Shown: in pieces, positions 49,931-64,000 of the stretch
How positions within the stretch are numbered: the stretch's first letter is position 1
How the letters are laid out: each line of letters begins with the position of its first letter
Source: Hormiphora californensis
Lineage: Eukaryota; Animalia; Ctenophora
Assembly: GCA_020137815.1 (NCBI GenBank)
Contig: CM035362.1
Location: 5,332,001-5,396,000, forward strand
Length of the DNA: 64,000 nucleotides
Direction of reading: 5' to 3'
The notes under the pieces: generated by a model
The model's database searches: none
The model's input: only the letters and a program-made list of their open reading frames with translations
Told to the model about the DNA's origin: nothing
Program-made: the position numbers and the translations under genes

Positions 49931-51066
49931 GTTTTTAATTACACTGCATACACTCCAGACTCCCTGGATTGTGGACTCTGGAGTCCAGAGTCCACAATCC
50001 AGGGAGACTGAATCACTTCAAATGTCCAGGGGTTCACTCTCCCCTTTCCCAGGGAGACTGAACCACTTCAAATATCCAGGGGTTCAATATCCACTCTGTC
50101 TCCTCACCAACTTCCAGGGATTGTTGATAAGACCTCTCTCCTCTCAATTCCCCACTCCTCTATCTTACTAACTCCCCTCTCTTCAGATTATCACATGCTG
50201 GACCAGAGAAATGTATTGCTAATTGTTGCTATACAGATGAGTTTACTGAATATGAAGCGATCAGGCTCCTAAATTGATAGACTTCCCTGCCTCACACAGA
50301 GGTCATTTATATGATGATTGGTGATGAACGGAAACTGTGTGCCAATGGACCATATTGTTAGTTCAGGTAAGAACAGTTGAATCTCCTGCTAAGGGTATAG
50401 GTAGGGTGGTTTATCGTCTCCTTTCAAAGGGGTGTACTCTCCCTTTCCCCGAAGAGACTGGACCCATTCAAAACGTCCGGAGGTTCACTCTCCCTCTGAA
50501 GTCTGAACTCTGAACCCCCACTAACTCCCGGGGATCGGTCATCGGGCACCCATGGGGCAGTATATTATAGTTTACTCTGTCCAGCGAATCAATGTAGCGG
50601 GTGACCCGCTCAATATTAACCCGGGTTTATTGATTAGGGTAGCGACTGACTTTTTGAAACGTTTGAAACGGTGGCTAATTTGAAACACCCCCTCCAGAGT
50701 TCAGTAGGTGCACCCGATTTGGATTTTTAGACATCAGTAGGCTAGTATAGTCCGAACCCATGCCAAGCTCACCGATGTCTAAAATCCAAATCTGGTGCCG
50801 CCGTTTCAATTAGCCAGTCGCTTTCCATATATAGGACTAATATAATACTTGTTTCAGGTTGCCAAAGCTAAAGTAACGAGTGTCAAACATCAAGTGTTTA
50901 CTTGTGCTGTTGCACCGACCCCCGCACAACAACAATACAAGTGTTTACTACCTTCACTCCAATCGGTGTCCCCGATCCAAAGTTCTTGATTTCCGGAGTG
51001 TACTCAACAATTGTTTGAAACTCTATTTTGAAGAAGAAGTGACTTTATATAATTATACCTGTGTGG

Positions 51067-51246
<180 letters not shown>

Positions 51247-51941
51247 GAGAAAAAATATATATTGACTGTAAATTTTACTACCATTCTTCAAACAATATCG
51301 TATATCACGTGTTTTAGTTTGATTAACAATGAATAAGCGATCCACTTAAAAGAAAAGTGATGAACCTTTTTGCTGATGTTGGTGTGATGTCGGAATCGGT
51401 CTGTATGGCGGCGCCATACCCCATTTGATTCTCACACACAGTGCGCTCAGATGGGTCGCGGCGCCAGACAAGAATCGATAGGGTCTACTGGAGCACTTGC
51501 TCGCGATTGCGTCTAGCGCGCGGTGAAAGTGAAAATTGTTAGCATTTAGCACGCGCGTGCACTTTTGAGCCGATTTACGATTCACGTGGTGCATGAGTGC
51601 ACGCGAAATTTCAAAAAAACCGAATTTTTTTTCACCGAATTTTTTTTCAGTTTTTCTTTTTTTTCTTTTTCACTTTTTCTTTTTTTTCAATTTTTCTTCT
51701 TTTTCTCTTTCATTTTTTCTTTTTTTGTTAAAAAATTCATCGTGCACTCATGCACCGCCATAGTACGCACCTGCAATTTGTAAACAGGCCTTTAAACACC
51801 CAGATCGTAACGTCGCCCATCCATTTTTACAGATTTTTTTTCGAGTCTGGATAATAATTACAGAATCTAGACTGATACAGAATCTAGACAATAATTTTTC
51901 ATAGTTAGGGCGCCTGTGAAGGAAAACGAGGTTGAAGCGGA

Positions 51942-54327
51942 ATGTTTGCATTGAGGCAAAGTTCTCTGAGACTCACATCCGTTAGTTACAGGGAATTCGG
52001 AGTGAAATCTTCCGCGGTGGGAATCTCCCAAAGCTATCTAAGCGATTCTGAAGTCCACACAGAGGTACAAATACATTTTCTAGAGTAGAGACTAACAACA
52101 AAAACAAATGTTAAAATATTTTGTTTTTGTTCGATGTAAACCATGTAACATTTGACATCTCTCTAGAGTCTGCAAGAAAGTCTACCTCGATTGCCGATAC
52201 CTGATTTAGATGATACTTGCCAGAGATATCTGACCTCACTACAGCCCCTAGTCAGCTCTGAATCCCTCCAAACCTCCTCAAAACTTGTCAATGACTTCAA
52301 AAAGGGTCCGTCCACAAAACTAAATGATTAAATCTAAGTCCTAGTTTTGCAAATTCACTTGTAATCTGTACTAAAGTTCTCCCTGCGGCAGGTATAGGCC
52401 GAGAGCTCCACGAACGACTAGTAAAACTGGACACCACCCTGGACCGCCGGTACAGCTACATCCACGAGGGATGGACTGAGATGTATCAGGGAGACAGAGG
52501 GTCAGTGTTGCTGAACCAGAACCCAGTACTGACATACCAAGATGAAGCTAACCCTGCTTTAAACAGCCAGCTAGATCGAGCAACAAACCTAACAATCTCA
52601 ACCCTCCGGTATTTCTGTTCGTTGCGAGATGGAAAGTTGCCACCTTTGAAAACCTGCATGCTCCAGTACCCGTATCTCTTTCAATCAACGAGAATTCCAA
52701 GGCGAGAACGGGATGAGAATGTACGATTCCCGGAGGCAGACCACATTCTTGTCATACACAAGGGTCATTACTACAAAGTCAATGTGATTGACAGGGATGG
52801 CGGTGTTAGGGATACCAATGCCTTGAAATCCGCCCTATCTAACATCCTCGCTGATACAAGACCAATAAAAACAGATTCTGCTGGGTACTTTACTGCGCTG
52901 GAGCGAGATCCATGGGCTGATATTAGAGTGAAACTGGAACACGGTAATACACAATCTCTAGCTGCCATTGACCAAGCTATCTTTGTGCTGTGTCTCGATG
53001 CCAAATCCACTCCAGACTCCCGGGACGCCCTGAAAAACTGCCTAGTTGGGGATGGGTACAATCGATGGATGGACAAGAGTTTCTCCCTGATTGTCAGTGA
53101 AAATGGACGGGCTGCGGTGAATTGGGAGCACAGTTGGGGGGATGGTGGTACTATCATGGAAATGTTGCAGAATGTTCACCGGGATTATTGTGAGCATAGA
53201 CCTGTGTTTGGTGGTGGGGAGAAGTGTGAGGTGGAGAGGGTGGAGGTGAGGGTTGAGGGCGAGGTGAGAGATGATCTGGAAGCGGCAAAGAAGAGTTTTG
53301 AACAAGCAGCCGCAACGTATGACCTGAAACCGTTTATGTACGAGGGTTTTGGTAAGGAGGATATCAAGAAATTTGGAATGAGCCCAGATTCAGTTAGCCA
53401 GTTCATATTCCAACTTGCGCAATGGCGGACATTTGGCTATTTTGTTGGAACGTATGAGAGTTGTAGTACAGCGGCGTTTCGGTCAGGTAGGACTGAGACA
53501 ATAAGGTCGTGTTCTAGCGAAATGGCAGCAGCCGCACAAGCATTTGATGCTACTAATCCCGCTGGTTTGGAGGACATAACCAACCTGCTGAAGGATGTCT
53601 CCCAGAAACACGTGACGCTGTGCAGGGAGGCAGCCGGTGGAATGGGATTTGATCGTCACTTCTTTGGTCTGCGTTATCTCAATAAAACTGAGGGTGGAGG
53701 AGATCTTGAGGTGTTCCAGGATCCAAACTGGGCGAACTATGGGCAATATTAGGTTGTCCACTAGCACCGTTGGAGCACCCTGCTTGAGGGATTTCCTTTG
53801 TTTTGGGGCTGTCTCGCCTCAAGGATTTGGGCTTGGTAAGTGGAGAGGGAATTCATATCATTTTACTATAATCTAGTTTAGTTTCATAGGCAGCTTCTCT
53901 GGTAACCCGAATAATGTTTGTTCTTGTAAAATATCACCTTTCTGATTTCTCAGTAGGTGGACCCACTAAGGGAAGACCTGTTGTGTAAACTACCCCAAAA
54001 TCCAATTCTAGCTCAGACTGATTCAAATTTATAGTAGGATTTAATAGGATTAATAGTGGGACTTTTTATTATGAAAATTATAGTGTGAGCCGCAATGGCG
54101 TCGAGTGCAGCCGTGTTAAGTATTAGTTGAGATGGCCATGAGGTCATAAATGTATTATTAAAATATTTTCAGGATACCTAATGGATAAATCCCAGTTCGG
54201 AGCGGCAGTAACATGCTACCTCCCTAACGACTACTACAACTCCTACTTTGAGAACCTTGGCAGTGCGTGTGAGGACATCCGGGCTGTTATGCAGGGGAAG
54301 AACTTTAAAGAGAGCAGGAAAATTTGA
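51942..54327 (+). CDS. Divergent carnitine O-palmitoyltransferase 2 paralogue (4 exons: 51942-52064, 52167-52305, 52392-53835, 54173-54327); one frameshift at ~53736
   Basis: Transit-peptide-like MFALRQSSLRLTS; SLPRLPIPDL, YNRWMDKSF, WEHSWGDG (catalytic His), TYESCST, GRTETIR and GFDRHFFGL. LSTST and GFGLGY lie in the shifted frame. Confidence 0.88.
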
Positions 54328-54652
54328 GTAATTCATTTTCCCAAAAGTACTCGATTTGAGTTGTTTTGGGTACGCTACTTCTAGGCGATGTCTTCTTCTG
54401 AAAGTGTCGGGCTTGAGGGGACGTTCAGTTAGCATTGTTGACTAAAAATTGTGTTAAATTATTCTGTTTACTGTTTGATAATTTGATAGATCAGCTTTTA
54501 CTATTCAAACTCGTTTTATGGCCCATCCCTGAATCATTCCATTTTAACCAACTTCTCTTTCTCTTCTAGCACTATTTATGACACCACGATAGTACCAGGA
54601 ACGACACCCATCTCACCACGACACCCCTCAACACCATCCCGGCAACACCACC

Positions 54653-57144
<2,492 letters not shown>

Positions 57145-57736
57145 ACACATACTTAGAGGGGAGGAACACGGACCTTTGAAAAAGGGAATTTGATAGGGCA
57201 GGGGAAGGTCTAGAGAAGGGTTTGTAGAAACAACACCATTAGAGAATAATCACGGAACAGGAAAACAGTAGGGGACCTAGTATTTTAGTTGCATGAAAAA
57301 AAAAGTGAGCAGTGAATTGTTTGTTAAACTAGCGGTTTAAAGTAAAACCCAAGCTAAAAACTGTTTAGTTTGGGGTTTACTTATTCAACCTTAGCACTAA
57401 TTTTAGATGATAAACAATGTCACAAGCATATTTTAAATCGTAACATTTTGCAAGTATTTTAGATTGAGTATCACTAGCCGAAAGATAAATCAAACCAAGT
57501 GCAAATATGATGAAGCACCTCATTGTCGTGTTAAAAGTGTTAACCGTTAGCATTTTGTTCATTTCTTACTATCACTGTGTATATATTCAACTGCGTATTC
57601 TGATGTCAAATTGTGTTCAAGTTTTCTAAATCCCTCGAGTCTACTTTTTGTGTACTACTCCATGAGATAAATGGCCTAACTTAGCGCACCAATATATTAT
57701 CTATAGACCAACATGGTCAGAAGAGCAAAACTAGTA

Positions 57737-57836
57737 CAGTCGGACCCCGATTTAGTGGCACCCCGATTTAGTGGCACCCCGATTTAGTGGCAGGAGTCTT
57801 TTCCCCCGAAGGTTCCACTAAATCGGGGTCCGACTG
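57737..57836. mobile_element. Tc1/mariner (pogo-like) MITE; related partial copies at ~4733, 20290, 20961, 30940, 34068, 36360, 41278, 60515
   Basis: TA|cagtcggaccccgattt...aaatcggggtccgactg|TA. Confidence 0.8.
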
Positions 57837-57894
57837 TATAAATATCATCAACTTCTATAACTTGATATGTATCCTCCTACAGGGTGTGGGTAGC

Positions 57895-59019
57895 ATGTCC
57901 TGTAGTAAGGAAGGAAGGTGGTGTGTCTATTCGATCTTCTTTTTAGGACTCTGTTTACTGCTCATCCTCCTAGGATCTCTCTACGCTCCAAACCATCTGG
58001 ACGGTTCAAAATACAAGAAGGGGTCGTGTGTGCTAGTTTCTGAAGGGGTAGATGTTGGAGATGCGACATGTTTTAACAGGGAAGATCATGGTTATTGGTA
58101 CAAGTTTCCTTGTATAATTGTCAATGCAAGGTGGTTTAGCGATGAAGATGATAATAATGATGATTTATATGATTATTGGCCGGTTTCGGATGATATAAAA
58201 TCAGCCGATAAGGGCTGTTTGATAGAACCTGAGTGTAGAGAGAGCTACGATGCAATGAAGGATGACGTCGTGACCTATTGGAAGGAATTTATCCAGGACA
58301 GAAGGGAAAATCCTATTTTCAGCTGTGGTTTTTACCAGAATAAGATAATAATGAACACAAGTTGGTCATACTCGAAAGCTGTGGCGTCACTGGTTATCCC
58401 GTCCATTCTTATCATATGCTTCATTCCGTTTTTGTGTCGTAAAACGTACCTATGTTGGGGCGATGATTATGTATTGTCCTCTTCTTCGATAGATACGGTT
58501 CATCGTCCTGCCAATCGCCCCAACAGAGAAACTCAGGTAGAAGAGCAGGACGTTTATAGATATGAAGACCGGAGGAACAACGCAGATCGTATAGCGAGGG
58601 ACCTTGCGAGATCCGAGGAAACTCAGCCAGAAGAGTGGGAAATTTATAGATCGGGAGGGAGGAACGCAGCACCCTCTACTGTGGATGAATCAGATATTGT
58701 AGAGTTGCCTTCTCACATGACAACTAACTTTTCACCCACTGGACCTACCTACCATTACCGGCAGCCTCCCCCTACATACCACGCCCAACCCCCTACTAAC
58801 CCATCAGCGCCTCACCCAGCTCCGGGTGCCTTTTCAACGCCTCCTTCAGCTCCGGGTGCCTTTTCAACGCCTCCTTCAGCTCCGGGTGCCTTTTCAGCGC
58901 CTCACCCAGCTCCCAGCACACCCTCAGCTGCACTTCCAGGACTTTCCGATCCCTCGGCGCCTCCATCTTACTTTGAGGTTATGGCAAACCCAGCGCCATC
59001 CTATGACTCTGTGTGTTAA
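57895..59019 (+). CDS. Two-TM protein resembling BK-channel beta subunits (KCNMB/TipE-like) with a Pro-rich PPxY tail; single coding exon
   Basis: True ATG (MSCSKE) lies 12 nt after a cctcctacag acceptor. TM1 VYSIFFLGLCLLLILLGSLY; Cys-rich loop with GSCVL, TC, FPCIIV, GCLIEPEC and FSC; TM2 VASLVIPSILIICFIPFLC; PPTY, PPSY and APSY in the tail. Confidence 0.7.
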   Translation: MSCSKEGRWCVYSIFFLGLCLLLILLGSLYAPNHLDGSKYKKGSCVLVSEGVDVGDATCFNREDHGYWYKFPCIIVNARWFSDEDDNNDDLYDYWPVSDDIKSADKGCLIEPECRESYDAMKDDVVTYWKEFIQDRRENPIFSCGFYQNKIIMNTSWSYSKAVASLVIPSILIICFIPFLCRKTYLCWGDDYVLSSSSIDTVHRPANRPNRETQVEEQDVYRYEDRRNNADRIARDLARSEETQPEEWEIYRSGGRNAAPSTVDESDIVELPSHMTTNFSPTGPTYHYRQPPPTYHAQPPTNPSAPHPAPGAFSTPPSAPGAFSTPPSAPGAFSAPHPAPSTPSAALPGLSDPSAPPSYFEVMANPAPSYDSVC

Positions 59020-59556
59020 ATATAATCAACCAAATGACAATGATATGACGTGATAACAACAATTAGATGTGATTTAGTAAGTGATTTTAATTTTATGTTT
59101 ATCTTTAGTTTTATTAATGTTCATCAAATTTTATTATGATTTAGGACTCTGTTGTTTTGTTCAAACCCATTTGCGTGCGAAAGGGGGTCTAGCTAGGCAA
59201 CTAACATTATGAAAGACGTGTTTTTCATACATTAACCTTTACCTTTTACCTTTACCTTTTATTAGAAGTATAGGAAGTCTTTTATGAGTTTTATCTTTAT
59301 ATTTTTAGTTTTTACTCAATCAGTTTAAATGCGCTGCATGAAAACTAATAATAGATTGTATTTTGTAAATACGCAGCTCTTTTCCAATCATTAGATATCA
59401 AATTGATTCCAAGTTTTATATAAACCATTGGTTTCTTCTCTTGTGTACTATTCCTAGATCTATCTTCAAGATATATTAACTCCACGTGATCCCCTCAGGA
59501 TCATGAGCTAGAAGCAAGCAGCAGCAGTTAACACACTATAATAAGGGAGCTGAACT

Positions 59557-61219
59557 ATGAATTCGACGACATACAACACCACTACCGATGTATCTTCCAC
59601 CGATCTCTCCACATCTCTAAGGTAACGCAGCTGGTAGAGTCTTTTAATTGGTTAGTTGATTACAATTTTTCAACTAAATTTTAACACAATTATATCTTGT
59701 TGATTTCAGTGTGCTATCAAACACTCTGGCCAACGAAAGCAATCCTGAGCACGCCAAGACGGTCATAGAGAAGCAGCAGCTATTACACCAGTGCGAGATG
59801 ATGAAAATTGAAATAGCCCAGAAACACCAACAACTTTTGGTATGAGCAAGTAGGATTATATTTTTAATAATCTCTTTTGTTCTCCTACGTGAACTTTCAA
59901 GTTCAATGGGTGGTTTGAAACGGTGAAATCGAACCGATAATCGTAGAAAGGGGCCATTAAATTGATTCTAGCATCTAGGGCACAAATAACTACAGTATTT
60001 TCTATCTAATTAAAATCCCCCAACTCTATATTACTGCAGTCATGTAGTATGACGATACCCCACTCAGGATTTCCGAGCCCAATACGAAGCTAAAGTAGAG
60101 GAACTAGAGGAACAGTTACACTGTACAAGACATAATGAGAGAGTGCTACAGTTCCGGCTAAATAGTGCCGTGGATCAACATAGCAAGGAACTTAAAACTG
60201 CCCAGGTAGAGAGAGAGAGGGAAGAGTCTCTGAAGCAAAGCAAATGAAGGATCAAAATCACTAGACAATAAATACTTCAACATTTTCTTAACTTCTCACC
60301 AAATTTCGCCAGGATTCGAACAGCGACCAGATCACCCATCTCCGACGGAAGCAAGCGGAGATCGAAACCCTACTCCCCTCTCTCCAAGTTAAGGCAGCGG
60401 AGATAAGAAATACTCTGCTAAACATGCATGTTTCGGATGAACTGTACGCTGCTCTGAACGCCAAACCAAGGGAGAATCTAACCGTTAAGGAACTGATACA
60501 GGTTAGTGGGACTAACCGGTAAATCGGGGTCCGACTTGCCTAGCTAGACTGTGGTTCGCACACCCAAATGTAAAGGAGGGTTAGAGCATAGCAAAGTGGG
60601 ACATGGTCATGTTGTGTGCTTAGGACACATCTGAGAGGCGGGACAGGGCCGATTGTCTTTAATTTACCTATGACCTATCAACTCATAATAATAATATTGG
60701 ACAACCTAACAATTCCCACACAGGTTTCATTCTACGAGTACCAGCTACCTCACATCAAGAGGTCAGAGGAACTAAATGGGCGACTTAGAAACCTCGCTGA
60801 ACAACATGATCTAACTAGACAGGAGGTATGTTGTTTTGTTCAAACAGGGTAGAGCAATGTGCAGGAGGTATAGTGAAAGAAAACAACCATTTTGAAGTGA
60901 TCAAATTGACCAATATATTCAGGACCTTTCGACTGAATAGTATCAGACGTCGTCAGCTGTCGTCAGCTAGTGAACATAGGGCTCGATATATCTGTGTTCT
61001 TGATTTTTTATTTTGTTTGCTGACCAATATATATTTTTTAACTTTCATGACAGATAGACTTGAGCTTTGCTTTCACATATCCCTTGTCCTAATTTTATTC
61101 TCCATGACATTTCAGGTGAAACTGTTGGAGGGACAAATAACGGTAGAAAAACAGGGAAGAGTAGAACTGGAAAGTGAGAATTCTTCACTCCGTAAAAAGA
61201 TTGAACTTCGTGTGATCAG
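59557..61219 (+). CDS. PIBF1: Progesterone-induced blocking factor 1 / CEP90 (centriolar coiled-coil protein), 5' exons only
   Basis: Exons read IEKQQLLHQCEMMKIEIAQK, YEAKVEELEEQL..LQFRL, AAEIRNTLLNMHVSDELYAALNAKPRENLTVKE and VSFYE, paralleling the PIBF1 N-terminus. No further exons found in the window. Confidence 0.8.
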
Positions 61220-62406
61220 GTTACATAGTACCAATGTACCGTACCATTCGATCTGGTCTCCTGTCTCTCTGTAGGGCCGTATCTTCACAGTTAGGAATCT
61301 TTTCTTGACATTTTTGTAGATTTAGTGCCCCTCGTGAGACACAGGGACGGCACTCGTGGATGTCCGGGTGTCCGCGGACACCCGGCCAAAAAGACGGAGA
61401 AAGAAAAGAAAACTGGAAAAACCAAAAAGAATGGTGCTCCAACCACAATTTACAATTACTACAGAGTACAGAAGGCAATTCTTTATCTTGTATTACCTGT
61501 TTGGAGGTGAGCATCAGCAGCTGCAGCCTGCAGCCCCATCTGAATGTCTTTCTTTTATGTAGGGAAACGAGGAGTCAAAGGAGCTTTGTGTAAAGAGTAA
61601 AAACTAAAAACTGAATCGAAGAAACGATAAATTTGAGAAATCCACGCGCAGCCCAGCTGTTTTGTCAGCACTGTATATGCTTTCGGCGTGGGAAAAATGC
61701 GCGCAGCGTGAGAATTTCCCACGCTCGTGGGAATTACCGTAAGAGCTTCCACTACAATGAAAAATGCGGATCTGCGTGTTATATTTATAATTATCAATTG
61801 CCTGATTACCATGCTATTCATTATCATATTTTTAATTTTTTACCTTATTTATAAAACTAAAAGAGTTTATAATTTGACTCCTACACTGGCGAAAAAGGAA
61901 GATGCTACTGGTTCAAAGTTTCAAACATTGTTTGGTAATGGCATGTCATGTTTTTGTTCATCAGCAAGCTGCCGTCTGCCTGGTAAATTGACGCCAGGGC
62001 GCGAATGTTTGTCTGTTGTCTGTGACTTGATGGGAGAAACGGCTGACGCGGAGATCAACTCTGTGGGAATTTCGCGCGAGATTTCACGGGCGCGACGTCG
62101 TATGAAAGGTCGAGCACAAGGTCTGACCAGTCAACGTGACCACTGCGCGTCGTTGAAACCGCCGTTGAGCCGCAGCGCGAAAAAAAGTGCTGACATTGAC
62201 CGGACCTTGTGCTCGACCTTGTGCTCGACCTTCATGTGCTCGACCTGAACATTTCCGAGTATGCTCATGTCCTTTTTTTTCAACTGTTCACCCCCCAAAG
62301 TTTGGAATGCGCTGCAGCCCCCTCATGCGCGCACCCCCGCAATTATATTATATTATAAGGGGCCTGCAACGTATGCCAACCCCAAAGTCGTGCGCGGAAT
62401 TGTTTT

Positions 62407-64000
62407 GCCTGTGAAGGAAAACGAGGTTGAAGCGGAATGTTTGCATTGAGGCAAAGTTCTCTGAGACTCACATCCGTTAGTTACAGGGAATTCGGAGTGA
62501 AATCTTCCGCGGTGGGAATCTCCCAAAGCTATCTAAGCGATTCTGAAGTCACACAGAGGTACAAATACATTTTCTAGAGTAGAGACTAACAACAAAAACA
62601 AATGTAAAATATTTTGTTTTTGTTCGATGTAAACCATGTAACATTTGACATCTCTCTAGAGTCTGCAAGAAAGTCTACCTCGATTGCCGATACCTGATTT
62701 AGATGATACTTGCCAGAGATATCTGACCTCACTACAGCCCTAGTAGCTCTGAATCCCTCCAAACCTCCTCAAAACTTGTCAATGACTTCAAAAAGGGTCC
62801 GTCCACAAAACTAAATGATTAAATCTAAGTCCTAGTTTTGCAAATTCACTTGTAATCTGTACTAAGTTCTCCCTGCGGCAGGTATAGGCCGAGAGCTCCA
62901 CGAACGACTAGTAAAACTGGACACCACCCTGGACCGCCGTGACAGCTACATCCACGAGGGATGGACTGAGATGTATCAGGGAGACAGAGGGTCAGTGTTG
63001 CTGAACCAGAACCCAGTACTGACATACCAAGATGAAGCTAACCCTGCTTTAAACAGCCAGCTAGATCGAGCAACAAAACCTAACAATCTCAACCCTCCGG
63101 TATTTCTGTTCGTTGCGGATGGAAGTTGCCACCTTTGAAAACCTGCATGCTCCAGTACCCGTATCTCTTTCAATCAACGGAGAATTCCAAGGCGAGAACG
63201 GGATGAGAATGTACGATTCCGGAGGAGACCACATTCTTGTCATACACAAGGGTCATTACTACAAAGTCAATGTGATTGACAGGGATGGCGGTGTTAGGGA
63301 TACCAATGCCTTGAAATCCGCCCTATCTAACATCCTCGCTGATACAAGACCAATAAAAACAGATTCTGCTGGGTATTTACTGCGCTGGAGCGAGACCATG
63401 GGCTGATATTAGAGTGAAACTGGAACACGGTAATACACAATCTCTAGCTGCCATTGACCAAGCTACTTTGTGCTGTGTCTCGATGCCAAATCCACTCCAG
63501 ACTCCCGGGACGCCCTGAAAAACTGCCTAGTTGGGATGGGTACAATCGATGGATGGACAAGAGTTTCTCCCTGATTGTCAGTGAAAATGGACGGGCTGCG
63601 GTGAATTGGGAGCACAGTTGGGGGGATGGTGGTACTATCATGGAAATGTTGCAGAATGTTCACCGGGATTATTGTGAGCATAGACCTGTGTTTGGTGGTG
63701 GGGAGAAGTGTGAGGTGGAGAGGGTGGAGGTGAGGGTTAGGGCGAGGTGAGAGATGTCTGGAAGCGGCAAAGAAGAGTTTGAACAAGCAGCCGCAACGTA
63801 TGACCTGAAACCGTTTGTACGAGGGTTTTGGTAAGGAGGATATCAAGAAATTTGGAATGAGCCCAGATTCAGTTAGCCAGGTCATATTCAACTTGCGCAA
63901 TGGCGGACATTTGGCTATTTTGTTGGAACGTATGAGAGTTGTAGTACAGCGGCGTTCGGTCGGTAGGACTGGACAATAAGGTCGTGTTCTAGCGAAATGG
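62407..64000 (+). pseudogene. Near-identical second copy of 51912-~53525 (CPT2 paralogue) with many 1-3 bp indels
   Basis: Exons and introns are colinear with the first copy. Differences are almost all short indels (gtc-acacag, cagccc-tagt-agc, gcg-gatgg, gag-ccatgg). Confidence 0.8.

Noticed and set aside
57787-57894. N-terminal extension of the 410-aa ORF
   Set aside because: Derived from a Tc1/mariner MITE and intron-like sequence upstream of the acceptor; the real start is likely 57895.

Overview
Repeat-rich eukaryotic (animal) genomic DNA with short GT-AG introns. The ~109-bp MITE whose translation reads QPIRTRYLGHVTGYQPIRDQYFLIRSVP resembles a repeat I recall from ctenophore (Pleurobrachia) gene models, so a ctenophore source is likely but unverified. 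Host genes, with exons assembled by hand: a ~19-exon Ig+FN3 single-pass membrane protein (+, ~1.9-21.9 kb); a minus-strand cluster of METTL7-like, PRCP, an ankyrin/low-complexity protein and a PINK1-like kinase (45.1 to 31.8 kb); and a plus-strand cluster of a divergent CPT2 paralogue, canonical CPT2, a BK-channel beta-subunit-like protein and the 5' part of PIBF1 (51.9-61.2 kb). An indel-riddled second copy of the CPT2 paralogue ends the window. The mobile content is the most unusual part. It includes an intact RLE-type (R4/Dong-like) non-LTR retrotransposon inside a (GA)n microsatellite, with a tiny sister 3'-end copy in another GA tract. It also includes an intact ORF1-only retroelement bounded by ~300-bp (CA)n tracts, a nested foldback element carrying a minimal hammerhead ribozyme, two Chapaev-like 1.6-kb palindromes, several MITE families and a decayed spliced hAT-like transposase. 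Most short ORFs in the track are microsatellite or MITE translations.
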